Assembly: GCA_030390025.1 (NCBI GenBank)
Contig: CM059438.1
Location: forward strand, 46,686,001-46,750,000
Source: Squalus acanthias
Taxonomy: Eukaryota
Direction: 5' to 3'
DNA length: 64,000 nucleotides
Each line of letters opens with the position of its first letter. Position 1 is the first letter of the stretch. The notes below the pieces were generated by a model, which saw only the letters and a program-made list of their open reading frames with translations, was not told where the DNA came from and did no database searches. This document shows, piece after piece, positions 48,730 to 61,477 of the stretch. The position numbers and the translations under genes are program-made.

Positions 48730-50360
48730 TCGTAATAGGAACGTGCTACAGGCCACCAAACAATCAAAGAGTGTGACTGGTGCAGTTTGGTGGGAGATGA
48801 TCAGTGCCAAGTCTTCAACTGTAATCCTAGCAGATTTCAATCTTCCTCATAGGTGACTGGAGTGCACAATGGAACAGTCTGCATTTGAATGAGAATTTAT
48901 TGAAATTGTGACAGACTTGTTTCTAAGACAGTATGTTAAGAAACCCACAAGGGGTAATGCAAAACTAGATTTTGTTCTAATGAATGAGGAGGGAACAACA
49001 GCAAAGCAGAAGTGAGGAGAATTTTGGGATCTAGTCGCCACAATGTTCTGAATTAGGGTAGGAAAACAAAAGGAAGCCAATTAAAATGCCAAATTTTAAA
49101 CAGGCTGATTTTAACGGAATGACAAAATGCATGGGATGGGAAAATGGGAAGAGATAGTGGCAGGAAAGCGGAATAGTTTCAAAGGGATAGTTTTAAGATG
49201 CAAAAGGAATTTATCCTTGAAATAGGTCAGGGGCAGAAAAAAAATGAGTAAGATGAGTTTGGCTTGGTAACAAATTGTGAAAGGCTTTAGGGAGAAAGAG
49301 AAAGCATACAAAACATTTTTATGCTCAGGAAAGGACCAGGATAGGGAGATTTATAAAGATAGGATGTGGAATACCATGAAACTGGGGGGCTGAAAGAGCG
49401 TACTGATGAAAACATAGCTGGAAACATAAAGAACAAAACATTCTTTAAGTATGTCAGGAGTAAACAAAGGGTGTAAAGAGGGATTGGCCCACTAAAACAT
49501 GACAATGGGGAAGTGGTGAAGATAAAGAAATTGCTGAAGTATTTAACTGTTACTTTCAACAGAGTTCATGAAAGAAATGGGGGGGGGGGGATTAATGCCA
49601 GAATTGGGGTACAGTTTAAAGGTGAATGTAGACTGAAAATGTTTTAAGGTCAGAAAGAGAGGACATATTGGCGAGGTTGTTGAAGGTCAAGGTAGATGAG
49701 GCTCCTGGCTCGGACAACTTTCATCCTAAGGTACTGAAGGAATTGGCTCAAAAGATTGCGAGTTCTCTTGTGGTTATTTTTCAAAATTCACTAGACTCGG
49801 GCCAAATCCCAGAGGACTGGAAAATAGCAAATGTGACTCCAGTCTTCAAAATATGGGCGGGGTGAACCATCAAATTATAGACACGCAAGCCTCACTTCCA
49901 CCGTTGAGAAAGCGTTTGAAAGTATTACGAGGGATAATATAAGAGAGCACCTTAAGGGGAATGCGCTAATCAGAGTCAGTCAGCATGGTTTTAGGAGTGG
50001 GAAATCATGCTTGACTAATTTATCGGATTTCTTTGAGGAGATGAGAGATAGGGGAGAGATAGTGGATGTTATCTCCCGAGATTTCAGGAAGGTGCTGTCC
50101 CTCATAATAGGCTGCTGGACAAGGTCCAAGTCCATGAGATAGATGGAAATGTGTCAAATGGATTGGCAAATAGTTGCTTGGTAGACAATGAGTAGTAGAG
50201 TGCATGGGCAGGTATCTGGTTGGTAGCCAGTTACCAGTGGAGTGTGACATGACTCAGTGTTGGGGACACTGCTGTTTATAATTTTTTAATAAATGGTTTA
50301 GAGGAAGGAATTATGTCCAAAGTGTCCAAATTTGCAGATAATGGGAGCAGTGGAAAATGA
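48730..50360 (+). mobile_element. Degenerate CR1-type LINE ORF2 (endonuclease to RT)
   Basis: IGTCYRPPN (ORF 48552), APGSDNFHPKVLKELA..IFQNSLDSGQIPEDWKIANVTPVFK (ORF 49668), QHGFRSGKSCLTNL, SKFAD. Confidence 0.85.
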
Positions 50361-50640
50361 TGAAAATCAATATCAGCTTTATAGCCAAGTGGGAAATGCC
50401 CTTCTATGCCTTGACTACCACAATATAGATCCAGAGTGATTTGTGAAGTTGGAGTGGCCGGGAAACCCAGAAATGCGGTTAAGTAACGCGGAGATCCTGC
50501 CGACTTCAACAGCAGGACCTCATTTAATTGTTTTTTTCCTCTGTTTCCCAGCCGGCAGCCAGCCAGACTGAGAGGCTGTCGAGCAGACTGGCAGGAAGGC
50601 CTGCGATGGTAGGCCGTAGCCGGGGAGCGGAGAAGAGGGA

Positions 50641-53635
50641 GGGCGAGATCGTGGACGGAAGGTCGGGGGGGAGATCGTGGACGGAAGGTCGGGGGGGAGA
50701 GATCGTGGACGGAAGGTCGGGGGGGGAAGAGATCGTGGACGGAAGGTCGGGGGGGAGAGATCGTGGACGGAAGGTCGGGGGGGAGAGATCGTGGACGGAA
50801 GGTCGGGGGGGAGAGATCGTGGACGGAAGGGAGAGATCGTGGACGGAAGGTCGGGGGCGAGATCGTGGACGGAAGGTCGGGGGGGAAGAGATCGTGGACG
50901 GAAGGTCGGGGGGAAGAGATCGTGGACGGAAGGTCGAGGGGGAAGAGATCGTGGACGGAAGGTCGGGGGGGGGGAAGAGATCGTGGACGGAAGGTCGGGG
51001 GGGAGAGATCGTGGACGGAAGGGAGAGGATCGTGGACGGAAGGTCGGGGGGGAGAGATCGTGGACGGAAGGGAGAGGATCGTGGACGGAAGGTCGGGGGC
51101 GAGATCGTGGACGGAAGGTCGGGGGCGAGATCGTGGACGGGAAGGTCGGGGGCGAGATCGTGGACGGAAGGTCGGGGGCGAGATCGTGGACGGAAGGTCG
51201 GGGGCGAGATCGTGGACGGAAGGTCGGGGGCGAGATCGTGGACGGAAGGTCGGGGGCGAGATCGTGGACGGAAGGTCGGGGGCGAGATCGTGGACGGAAG
51301 GTCGGGGGCGAGATCGTGGACGGAAGGTCGGGGGCGAGATCGTGGACGGAAGGTCGGGGGCGAGATCGTGGACGGAAGGTCGGGGGCGAGATCGTGGACG
51401 GAAGGTCGGGGGCGAGATCGTGGACGGAAGGTCGGGGGCGAGATCGTGGACGGAAGGTCGGGGGCGAGATCGTGGACGGAAGGTCGGGGGCGAGATCGTG
51501 GACGGAAGGTCGGGGGCGAGATCGTGGACGGAAGGTCGGGGGCGAGATCGTGGACGGAAGGTCGGGGGCGAGATCGTGGACGGAAGGTCGGGGGCGAGAT
51601 CGTGGACGGAGGTCGGGGGCGAGATCGTGGACGGAGGTCGGGGGCGAGATCGTGGACGGAGGTCGGGGGCGAGATCGTGGACGGAGGTCGGGGGCGAGAT
51701 CGTGGACGGAGGTCGGGGGCGAGATCGTGGACGGGAAGGTCGGGGGCGAGATCGTGGACGGAGGTCGGGGGCGAGATCGTGGACGGAGGTCGGGGGCGAG
51801 ATCGTGGACGGAAGGTCGGGGGCGAGATCGTGGACGGAAGGTCGGGGGCGAGATCGTGGACGGAAGGTCGGGGGCGAGATCGTGGACGGAAGGTCGGGGG
51901 CGAGATCGTGGACGGAAGGTCGGGGGCGAGATCGTGGACGGAAGGTCGGGGGCGAGATCGTGGACGGAAGGTCGGGGGCGAGATCGTGGACGGAAGGTCG
52001 GGGGCGAGATCGTGGACGGAAGGTCGGGGGCGAGATCGTGGACGGAAGGTCGGGGGCGAGATCGTGGACGGAAGGTCGGGGGCGAGATCGTGGACGGGAG
52101 GTCGGGGGGCGAGATCGTGGACGGGAGGTCGGGGGCGAGATCGTGGACGGGAGGTCGGGGGCGAGATCGTGGACGGGAGGTCGGGGGCGAGATCGTGGAC
52201 GGGAGGTCGGGGGCGAGATCGTGGACGGGAGGTCGGGGGCGAGATCGTGGACGGGAGGTCGGGGGCGAGATCGTGGACGGGAGGTCGGGGGCGAGATCGT
52301 GGACGGGAGGTCGGGGGCGAGATCGTGGACGGGAGGTCGGGGGCGAGATCGTGGACGGGAGGTCGGGGGCGAGATCGTGGACGGGAGGTCGGGGGCGAGA
52401 TCGTGGACGGGAGGTCGGGGGCGAGATCGTGGACGGGAGGTCGGGGGCGAGATCGTGGACGGGAGGTCGGGGGCGAGATCGTGGACGGGAGGTCGGGGGC
52501 GAGATCGTGGACGGGAGGTCGGGGGCGAGATCGTGGACGGGAGGTCGGGGGCGAGATCGTGGACGGGAGGTCGGGGGCGAGATCGTGGACGGGAGGTCGG
52601 GGGCGAGATCGTGGACGGGAGGTCGGGGGCGAGATCGTGGACGGGAGGTCGGGGGCGAGATCGTGGACGGGAGGTCGGGGGGCGAGATCGTGGACGGGAG
52701 GTCGGGGGCGAGATCGTGGACGGGAGGTCGGGGGCGAGATCGTGGACGGGAGGTCGGGGGCGAGATCGTGGACGGGAGGTCGGGGGCGAGATCGTGGACG
52801 GGAGGTCGGGGGCGAGATCGTGGACGGGAGGTCGGGGGCGAGATCGTGGACGGGAGGTCGGGGGCGAGATCGTGGACGGGAGGTCGGGGGCGAGATCGTG
52901 GACGGGAGGTCGGGGGCGAGATCGTGGACGGGAGGTCGGGGGCGAGATCGTGGACGGGAGGTCGGGGGCGAGATCGTGGACGGGAGGTCGGGGGCGAGAT
53001 CGTGGACGGGAGGTCGGGGGCGAGATCGTGGACGGGAGGTCGGGGGCGAGATCGTGGACGGGAGGTCGGGGGCGAGATCGTGGACGGGAGGTCGGGGGCG
53101 AGATCGTGGACGGGAGGTCGGGGGCGAGATCGTGACGGGAGGTCGGGGGCGAGATCGGGACGGGAGGTCGGGGGCGAGATCGTGGACGGGAGGTCGGGGG
53201 GCGAGATCGTGGTGGGAAGGTCGGGGGGGAGAAATCGTGGACGGAAGGTCGGGGGGAGAGATCGTGGACGGAAGGTCGGGGGAGAGATCGTGGTTGGAAG
53301 GTCGGGGGCAAGATCGTGGTTGGAAGGTCGGGGGCGAGATCGTGGTTGGAAGGTCGGGGGCGAGATCGTGGTTGGAAGGTCGGGGGGGAGAAATCGTGGA
53401 CGGAAGGTCGGGGGGAGAGATCGTGGTTGGAAGGTCGGGGGGGAGAAATCGTGGACGGAAGGTCGGGGGGAGAGATCGTGGTTGGAAGGTCGGGGGAGAG
53501 ATCGTGGTTGGAAGGTCGGGGGCAGAGATCGTGGTTGGAAGGTCGGGGGCGAGATCGTGGTTGGAAGGTCGGGGGAGATCAGATTGTGGATGGAAGGTCG
53601 GGGGAGAGATCGTGGATGGAAGGTCGTGGATGGAA
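50641..53635. repeat. G-rich 26-bp minisatellite, about 3 kb (GGGGGCGAGATCGTGGACGG[A/G]AGGTC)
   Basis: Directly visible; roughly 115 units; the unit has no stop codon in any frame, which explains the six long ORFs. Confidence 0.98.
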
Positions 53636-54199
53636 GATCCTGCTGGATCCATCCCTTCCCGCCTCCCTTCAGTTGCCCTGGGAAACCCGTGTTGGGAGAC
53701 ATAAAATTTAATGCAAAAGGACCTCATTAACATCTCATAAGGATGTTACTTGCTGCAGTAAGTACCCACCCGCGTGCATTAATTAAGGTCTCGACTGCGG
53801 CGAGTAGGTTACTCACAGGTATACAAATGAGCCTCCGTTAAACCCGGAAGTGGGCGCATTGGAGCCGGGTTGCAGTCATGTTCTAAAAAAAACATTTTAA
53901 CTACCTACTCGCCCCCAACCTACCCGTTCTTGGCGGTTAAAATTCCCCCCCCCATATGTCTCAGTGTTATGGAAAACAGACAGAAATAAAAGTCCCCAGG
54001 CAAGAATAGATAAAAGGATTAGAGGCTTTACCCCAACAGGAGTCCACAAAGGACAGGAAATTCAAACTGTAATGCCCAATATTTTGAATATATCTCATTG
54101 ATTTGCATTCCGCAGCAATCCAACTTTAGAGATGTCTGAAACAGCGATGATGCACTCCATGTTGAAGCTGAATACTGGTTATTAATCTGTTAGTCCATA

Positions 54200-54580
54200 T
54201 TACAACAACTTGCATTTATATAGCGCCTTTAACATAGTAAAATGTCCCAAGGCGCTTCACAAAATTTGATACTGAGCCAAAGGAGGAGATGTTTGGACAG
54301 GTGGCCAAGGGTTTAGTCAAAGAGGTAGATTTTAAGTAGCATCTTAAAGGTGAAGAGGTTTAGGGAGGGAATTCCAGAGCTTAGGGCCTAGACTGCTGAA
54401 GGTACGGCCGCCAATGGTGGGACAAAGGAAGTGGGGGATGCACAAGAGGCCAGAGTTGGAGGAACGCGGAGTTCTCAGAGGGCTGTAGGAGGTTACAGAG
54501 ATAGGGAGCGGAGGGGCCATGGAGGAAATTTTAAATTCGAGGCCTTGTTGGACCGGGAGCCAACGTAGGTCAGTGGACAC
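54200..54580 (-). mobile_element. L2-type LINE 3' end
   Basis: ORF 54344..54580 GGRTFSSLGPKLWNSLP. Confidence 0.8.
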
Positions 54581-55479
54581 TTATGTGAGGTCACAAGCAC
54601 TGTCCACGTGCTGCTTCATTACTCCAATAGTTACAGTATTACAGTGGGAAACGTACGCCACATGAACCTAAAGGGCAACAGAGACAAGCCTTTCCAACAG
54701 AATTCTATAAGCCTAGTTCAAATGAGTATTTTGAAATCTAGTGCTTTAGTTCAAAAGGCATAATTATTGTGGAACTATGTTGCTCAAGACTTTTAAATGA
54801 CGCACATTTCTTTTCAACATTTTGCAACAGTAAAAGAACTGTACATCTGTTTAATTGAAAATGAAAAAAAAAGTGTTATTTTTGTGTGTCTAGTGTGATG
54901 TTAATGATAGTATTTCAGGCAGGGCGCCAGGTGGTGAGCTTTGTACTTCTACACAATGCTAACAATCCATTCCTCGTGGATTAAGTCAAATCCTGGGAAG
55001 AGAGGAAGGATTTTTTTCAGGGAAAAATAAAGTGAAAATGGGCCGGGGGGCGGGGGGAGGAATTTACAACAGACCCAGGAGAGGTAACTGATAACCAGCT
55101 ACACCAATCAAATCATGGATTTGGAAAATCCACACACAATGCTAAATACCATTAAAACAGAAAGCAGGTGGCTGGAGCTGGGGTGAGGTGTTTCAGAACA
55201 ATGTGACAGAGCTGTTCAAAATTATGAGAGGATTTGATAAGGTAAAGAGGGAAAAACCGCTTCCACTGGTCAGTGAGTCGGGAACTAGAGGGAATAAATT
55301 TATCACAATCAGAACAAAGGGGTTGTTTTTTTACACCGAGGGTTGTTAGCTCATGCAATGTCCTACCAGAAACAGTGGTGGGAGCAGATCAAGAACAGCT
55401 TTTAAAATGAAAGTGGATAAATATTGGAAAAAGAAACATTTTAAAAGGGTATAGGGAAAAGGCAGAGGAATGGGATTAC

Positions 55480-56195
55480 AATAACAACTTGTATTTTTAT
55501 ATAGGGCCTTTAACATAGTAAAACGTCCCAAGGCGCTTCACAAGAATATTATAAAACAAAAAATTTGACACCGAGCCACATAAGGATAAATTAGGGCTGG
55601 TGACCAAAAGCTTGGTCAAAGAGGTAGGTTTTAAGGAGCGTCTTCAAGGAGGAAAGAGAGGTAGCGAGGCGGAGAGGTTTAGGCAAGGAATTCCAGAACT
55701 TAGGGCCTAGGCAACAGAAGGCACAGCCACCGATGGTTGAGCGATTATAATCAGGGATGCTCAAGAGGGCAGAATTAGAGGAGCGCAGATATCTCGGGGG
55801 TTGTGGGACTGAAGGAGATTACAGAGATAGGGAGGGGCGGGGCCATGGAGGGATTTGAAAATAAGGATGAGAATTTTGAAATCGAGGCATTGCTTAACCG
55901 GGAGCCAATGTAGGTCAGCGAGCACAGGGGTGATGGGTGAATGGGACTTGGTGCGAGTTAGGACACGGGCAGCTGAGTTTTGGGTGACCTCAAGATTAAG
56001 TAGGGTAGAATGTGGGAGGCCAGCCAGGAGTGCGTTGGAATAGTCAAGTCTAGAGGTAACAAAGGCATGGATGAGGGTTTCAGCAGCGGATGAGCTGAGG
56101 CAAGGGCGGAGACGGGCGATGTTACGGAGGTGGAAATAGGCGGTCTTAGTTATACTGCGGATATGTGGTCGGAAGATTATTTCAGGGTCAAATAG
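55480..56195 (-). mobile_element. L2-type LINE RT C-terminal fragment
   Basis: ORF 55761..56204 KTAYFHLRNIARLRPCLS..AETLIHAFVTSRLDYSNALLAGLP..HWLPV. Confidence 0.92.
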
Positions 56196-56422
56196 CTCAT
56201 GCATAATGCCGACACAGGCACGATGGGCCGAATGGCCTCCTTCTGTGCTGTAAAACCGTATGATCCTAACCCCACCATTCGGAAACTAAAAGGTTTACAA
56301 ACGAATTAAACATTAGGCCTGACAATTTTTGTTTAAAAAAATGCAATTGTACAAATGTAATATATAGTTAACTTTAACCTGCCTGGCTTTAATCAGCAAG
56401 CTAGCAGAAAGCAATTGCTTAC

Positions 56423-56485
56423 CTTCAGTGAGTTGCTCACTATTGGTCCACCCATGGAATGTGCAAGCTCTGGTTGAAAACCCTG
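56423..56485 (-). CDS. Candidate unannotated ANK3 cassette exon: QGFQPELAHSMGGPIVSNSLK
   Basis: Polypyrimidine tract ctctcttttcctcctggttcag, tandem CAGCAG acceptor, donor AAG|gtaagc; 63 or 60 nt, open, phase 0 to 0 matching the flanking exons. Confidence 0.5.
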
Positions 56486-57589
56486 CTGAACCAGGAGGAA
56501 AAGAGAGTTGCCCTTTAACCTCAAAAGACTCTCTCAGGAACCTGGGAGTTGGCAAGTATGAAGGCTGTACCAGCAGACAGAAGTGACGCTTTGGAAAAGG
56601 TTCTTTAACAATTTAACAGCAGCCTCCACTGTTACCGATCCCTGGTTTGAGCTTGCATGCTTGCCCGAGACTGGAACTACTGTATAAGGTTTAAAACAGT
56701 AAGAGGAGATTTTCTCTCTGTGTAGTTAAACTGTAAATGCACTTTATAAACGCACTTACAATTTTACTGCACACAGAGCAAGGCTGTCCCCCGATAACAA
56801 GTTTAAAAAAAAAATCATCTCCCCTCCGACACTGCATTCCACTTGGTTTGGACTTTCTCCTCAGGTGATGCACTGTTCCCCTGGTGACAGGGAGAGGAAA
56901 GCAACTCGCTCCCATTAATAAGTGGCCACAAAACTATTGCTGTTGAATTTGTGCGACAAAATGATACGGTAGTAAGAGTCAGGAAACCTCCTACCATCAA
57001 CAGAAGGGGCCTGCACTTCATTTCAGCAGAAGACACCGCTTACCAATGAATATGTTAAACTGGCCGGTTTTCCCTATGAACCTATAATAATTACAATTGA
57101 TTGTTGAAATTTGGCTAAAAAAAACCCACAATCGTTTCTTCCTTCCCGTTACCCTGGCTTTGCAGCTAGGCTGTCAAGCAAGTGAAGTAATGATTAGAAA
57201 ATAAAACATGTGTTCCTTGTCCCAGGTGTTCAGGATATAATGCATTACCCTGTAACAGCTTTACCTAACATTGGGAGAGCTTCCATCCAAGATTAAAGCC
57301 ATCCAACATGACTACTGATTCTTGGCACTGAATATCTGGAGCTTAGTTTTTCATGCATGTGCTGCCAGATTAATTTGTAGTCGTGTATAACATTCATGGG
57401 CATATTATGGGCAAATGCTGGAAATTTAACAGAATGTCCTAAAGGTACAACTTTTGTTGCCAAATAACTCAACATCAATGTTTTGAGCTGTACAAGAGCA
57501 ACTGGGTGTTAGAAAAGTGTTGCATTACCGTGTAAAACTTCTGCACTTTAAGCAGTTTTATTAACTGCACCTCCCAACTCATCAGGCGG

Positions 57590-57880
57590 GGGAGTTCCAG
57601 GATTTTGACCCAGCGACGATGAAGGAATGGCGATATATTTCCAAGTCAGGATGGTGTGTGGCATGGAGGGGAACTTGGAGGTGGTGGTGTTCCCATGCGC
57701 CTGCTGCCCTTGTCCTTCTAGGTGGTAGAGGTCGCGGGTTTGGGAGGTGCTGCTGAAGAAGCCCTGGCGAGTTGCTGCAGTGCATCTTGTAAATGGTACA
57801 CACTGCAGCCATGGTGCGCCGGTGGTGGAGGGAGTGAATGTTTAAGGTGGTGGATGGGGTGCCAATCAAGCGGGCTGCTT
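57590..57880 (-). mobile_element. LINE 3' fragment, second CR1-like family
   Basis: Homologous to 27420-27935. Confidence 0.78.
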
Positions 57881-59536
57881 TCAGAATCAATTCTACGAGA
57901 AATAGTCTCTGCAATGTACTGAGGCATCCGATCGTCTGGACTCTGCCTGAATTATAATGAGGCCGTTTCCAGTGGTAACTAAGGGGCAGCAGCACAGGTA
58001 CATGAGGACAACGTACACTGTTGTTATGGTACTGGACTGGCAACCCAAAGGTCAGGAGTTGAAATCCCAACATGGCAAGTTGTGAAACTGAATTCAATAA
58101 ATCTGTGAGCTGGCACCGGGGAAAAAAATGACCATCGTAAAAACCCCAACTGGTTCACTGATGTCCTTCAGGGAAGTGAACCTGCCACCCCACCTTCCTG
58201 GTACGACCTACATGTGACTCCAGTCCCACACGCTATGTGGCTGACTCCTAATGCCCTTGGGGTAACTAGGGATGGGCAATAAATACTGCCCAGTTGGTGT
58301 TGCCCACATCCAAGAACAAATAACCTCTGCCACTGCTTTGAAGGAATGTCAGCAGTGGGGAGTTGAGAATTTAATTCAATACTGGCCAGCAACAGAACGA
58401 CGCAGGCACCCAAAGTGCTGGGGCTGGAAAAAGTGGCAATGAGCGCCATGAAGCTGGGATTACTGTCACTGGCAACTCGTTAATATAAAGGGGGTATTAG
58501 ATAAGGTCTATTTAGCCCAGTTTGTGGATGGCTAAGTTTGCAAAAGGAATGGATGAATGACTGCTATGCTTCATTATTCGAATTTGTGAAGGATTATTAA
58601 AACTGAGTGTTACAGTACACAAACGATGGAATAATGAGGTGATTCCGTGAGAAGAAAAGGAGAAGCAGGGGTGAAAAAGCTCCACCTCCTTAGAGAATCC
58701 ATACGAAGGGCACTTTCTGTCACCTTACTCTCAAATTGCTTATTGTTAATGGGAGCAGGGAATTATCTTTGCCCAGCTTCATTATCTGTCATCACAGCAG
58801 GAGAAGCCAGTGGCTAAAGTGTCCTGTCTTTGATGAACAATGGGGCCTTATCATCCCAGACCTCTCTGGAACAATGCAAGAAGAAGAAGGGACTTTTATG
58901 GATTGAGCTGTTCCCGTAACAACATGTTGCATCGTTAACAGCAGCAAGTGCTTTCCCTGCTCCTCCAAATATTGTCACAGCAAACTAAAGGTAAATCACA
59001 CAGAGTGGTTGAGGGCTTGCTGCAAATCTTAAAACTGATGAATGTTATCTTCTGACTGAACTGCAGTCTATAGGGTTGGCAGTTTGTGAAAGGCTGACAG
59101 AACTATTCAGGCTCTGAATGCTTTCGAGAAAAATACATCTTCTCCGATCTAAGTTCACACATTAAAGCAACTAAACGAGGCCTTTAAAAATCAACACTTC
59201 GAATTGGCTGATTAAGTGGCTTGTTGAGAAAGGAGCATCAGTTTAAGTCAATGCATCTTCCACATGTGCTCAAATCAGATATACCAAACAGCAAAAACAT
59301 GGTGAGCACTAGGACGGATAAGGTGGCAATTTCCTCCCTTTATGGATGTCAAATTCAAACGGTAGCTCTCTCAGTCTGTGGCAACACCTAGCCATGAAAT
59401 GTGAGAGAGGAGCTGTCGTTTGCTCCGGTGCCACACACTACATCGAAAGCACGGCCAGCATCATTTGAAGTTGTACTCTAAAGCATGCGATAATGATACA
59501 ATTTCACAAGCGTCTGGCATTCAGATCTGCACTTAC

Positions 59537-59630
59537 CGACTCCTTTGTCAGCTCTTCAATCATGATGCTATCCCTTGCGTACGGACTTCTGTTCAGCGAG
59601 TATGACCTGTCCGAACTGAAGGAGCGGAGG
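59537..59630 (-). CDS. ANK3: Ankyrin-G exon, linker before ZU5: (S)LRSFSSDRSYSLNRSPYARDSIMIEELTKES
   Basis: Manual translation; acceptor cacaacag, donor TCG|gtaagt; 94 nt, phase 2 to 0; resembles mammalian ANK3 LRSFSSDRSYTLNRSSYARDSMMIEEL. An in-frame internal AG 15 nt into the exon (cttcag|TTCGGAC) is a possible alternative acceptor. Confidence 0.93.
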
Positions 59631-61477
59631 CTGTTGTGTTTACAAGTTACCAATCAAGGGGTAGATGATAATCAGACGGGCAGAGGGGGGGGTGGTGGGG
59701 GGAAAGGAAAAAAAAACTCATTAATGCATGCAGCTTCCGGGGAGGGGGGGGGGTGGGGGGTCATGAAAGGAAACCCACCAACAGCACCCAAAAGAAAACA
59801 GAAGAGCAACAGAAAAAAGAAACTGTTCTGCGGAGAGATAATTTGAAGCAGGTCAAAAGGCAAAAGTCTTTGTTTTGATGAACTCAAACAAAAAAGGTTG
59901 AAATTACCAAAAAGGAGGGACCCAAACTGACGATGAACAAAACCTGTTCCTCCCCCCCCCCCCGGGCCCCGGGCCCCGGCCCCCCCCCCCCCACCACCCG
60001 ACCCCAGCTTTGACACTGCGTGATTACCATGACATTACCATTCCAAATCAGGTTTAAAATTGGCTGCAACAGGGACTCTCATCTGAAGCCTGATCGAAGT
60101 TTAAGGGACGTATACCTCATCAACCCTTTCAGCAGCCGCGAGCTGGACTGCTGAGCGAGCCAGTTGTGCGTCAGTCCAGGTTCTGCCTCGCACAACGGGC
60201 CACTGCACTTCCTTCAAGCAGAAACATTTTTCCTCTGGCATTTGTGTGTTAAAAGAGACTCGAGAGACTTCACTTGGCATGGTGTGTGTTAAAAGAAACT
60301 CAATGTGAATTTGAACAAATGAAAAATATGAACAGCAAAAAACCTTGGCAATAATTGAAAATGAAGGATCTGCTTTCTAAGATCTGTTGCATTACCACAC
60401 CTGGCTCTTGTAGAGATTAAATCTGCGAGGCTAAATGCATTGCAAACCAGCTGCGTAAAGCAACTGAAGTCACTGCTTAGCTTATGTACTAACTATGCAG
60501 TAACAACAACTTGCATCTATATAGCGTATTAACGTAGTAAAACGCTCCAAGGCGCTTCACAGGAGCGTTATCAAACAAAATTTGACATAAGGAGATATTA
60601 GGACAGGTGACCAAAAACTTGGTCAAAGAGGTAGGTTTTAAGGAGGAGAGGCGGAGAGGTTGAGATAGAGGGGGAAAATATAAATCACAAGAGTCCCAGC
60701 CAATGTAGGCACAGCTGTTGCTCCTCAGTCAGGACTGCCCCATAATTTACTCTGAAAAGATTGGCACTGGGCGATCAGATTAACACAGAGCCGTTTCACC
60801 GGGGATGATTTGAAAAAAAAAACACAAAATATCAATAATTGCATTTTTCTCCCTTCACCTAAAACCTGAACTTGGGTTTCATTCTGAAAGATTGAAAACT
60901 TTTTAATTTTTGGTTCATTTGAAACAGTCTCAAAAATGGGTAAAGGTTAAAAACTGTTTTCAAAACAGTGGCCAGTTTTTGGCAAAGAACGACAGGACTT
61001 TTTTTATTTCTCTTTTTATAAAAACAAAAAGCACTACACTGATGAACTTAAGGTTTAATTTTCGGAAGAAAATCACTCTGTCTGGAACCCTTGGGTAAAA
61101 GCTGCCTTGACCGCTGCCCATAGTGTGGTGCTTGCAGCTGGACCTGCTGCAGGGCAGTCCAATCCAAATCCTGGTCAGTGTGCATACAAACATACACACC
61201 CACAGTTCAATGCGATTCTTCTTCTGCACGTGGTGTTCAAACTCTGCGCAGAAACTCTCTGCGTTTCCATCCCTGTACGGGCAAAAGGAAATCAAAAAGA
61301 TTTCCCATTTATATGGTGTCTTTCACAACCACAGGAATTCCCAAACCGCTTTATAGCCAATGGAATACTTTTTTTTGACGTGCTGTCATTGTGGTAATGT
61401 AGGAAACACGGCAAGAATTTGTGCACAGCAAGGTCCCACATACAACGTGACAATGACCAGATCATCTGTTTTAGTGA

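Noticed and set aside
50641-53635. CRISPR-like array
   Set aside because: Head-to-tail repeats with no unique spacers, no cas genes, vertebrate intron
50276-53733. Six 790-1069-aa ORFs on both strands
   Set aside because: All are translations of the stop-free 26-bp minisatellite, with no domain, splice or promoter support
59908-59926. Possible microexon (tcag|TTTGGGTCCCTCCTTTTTG|gtaatt)
   Set aside because: 19 nt would shift the frame in a phase-2 intron
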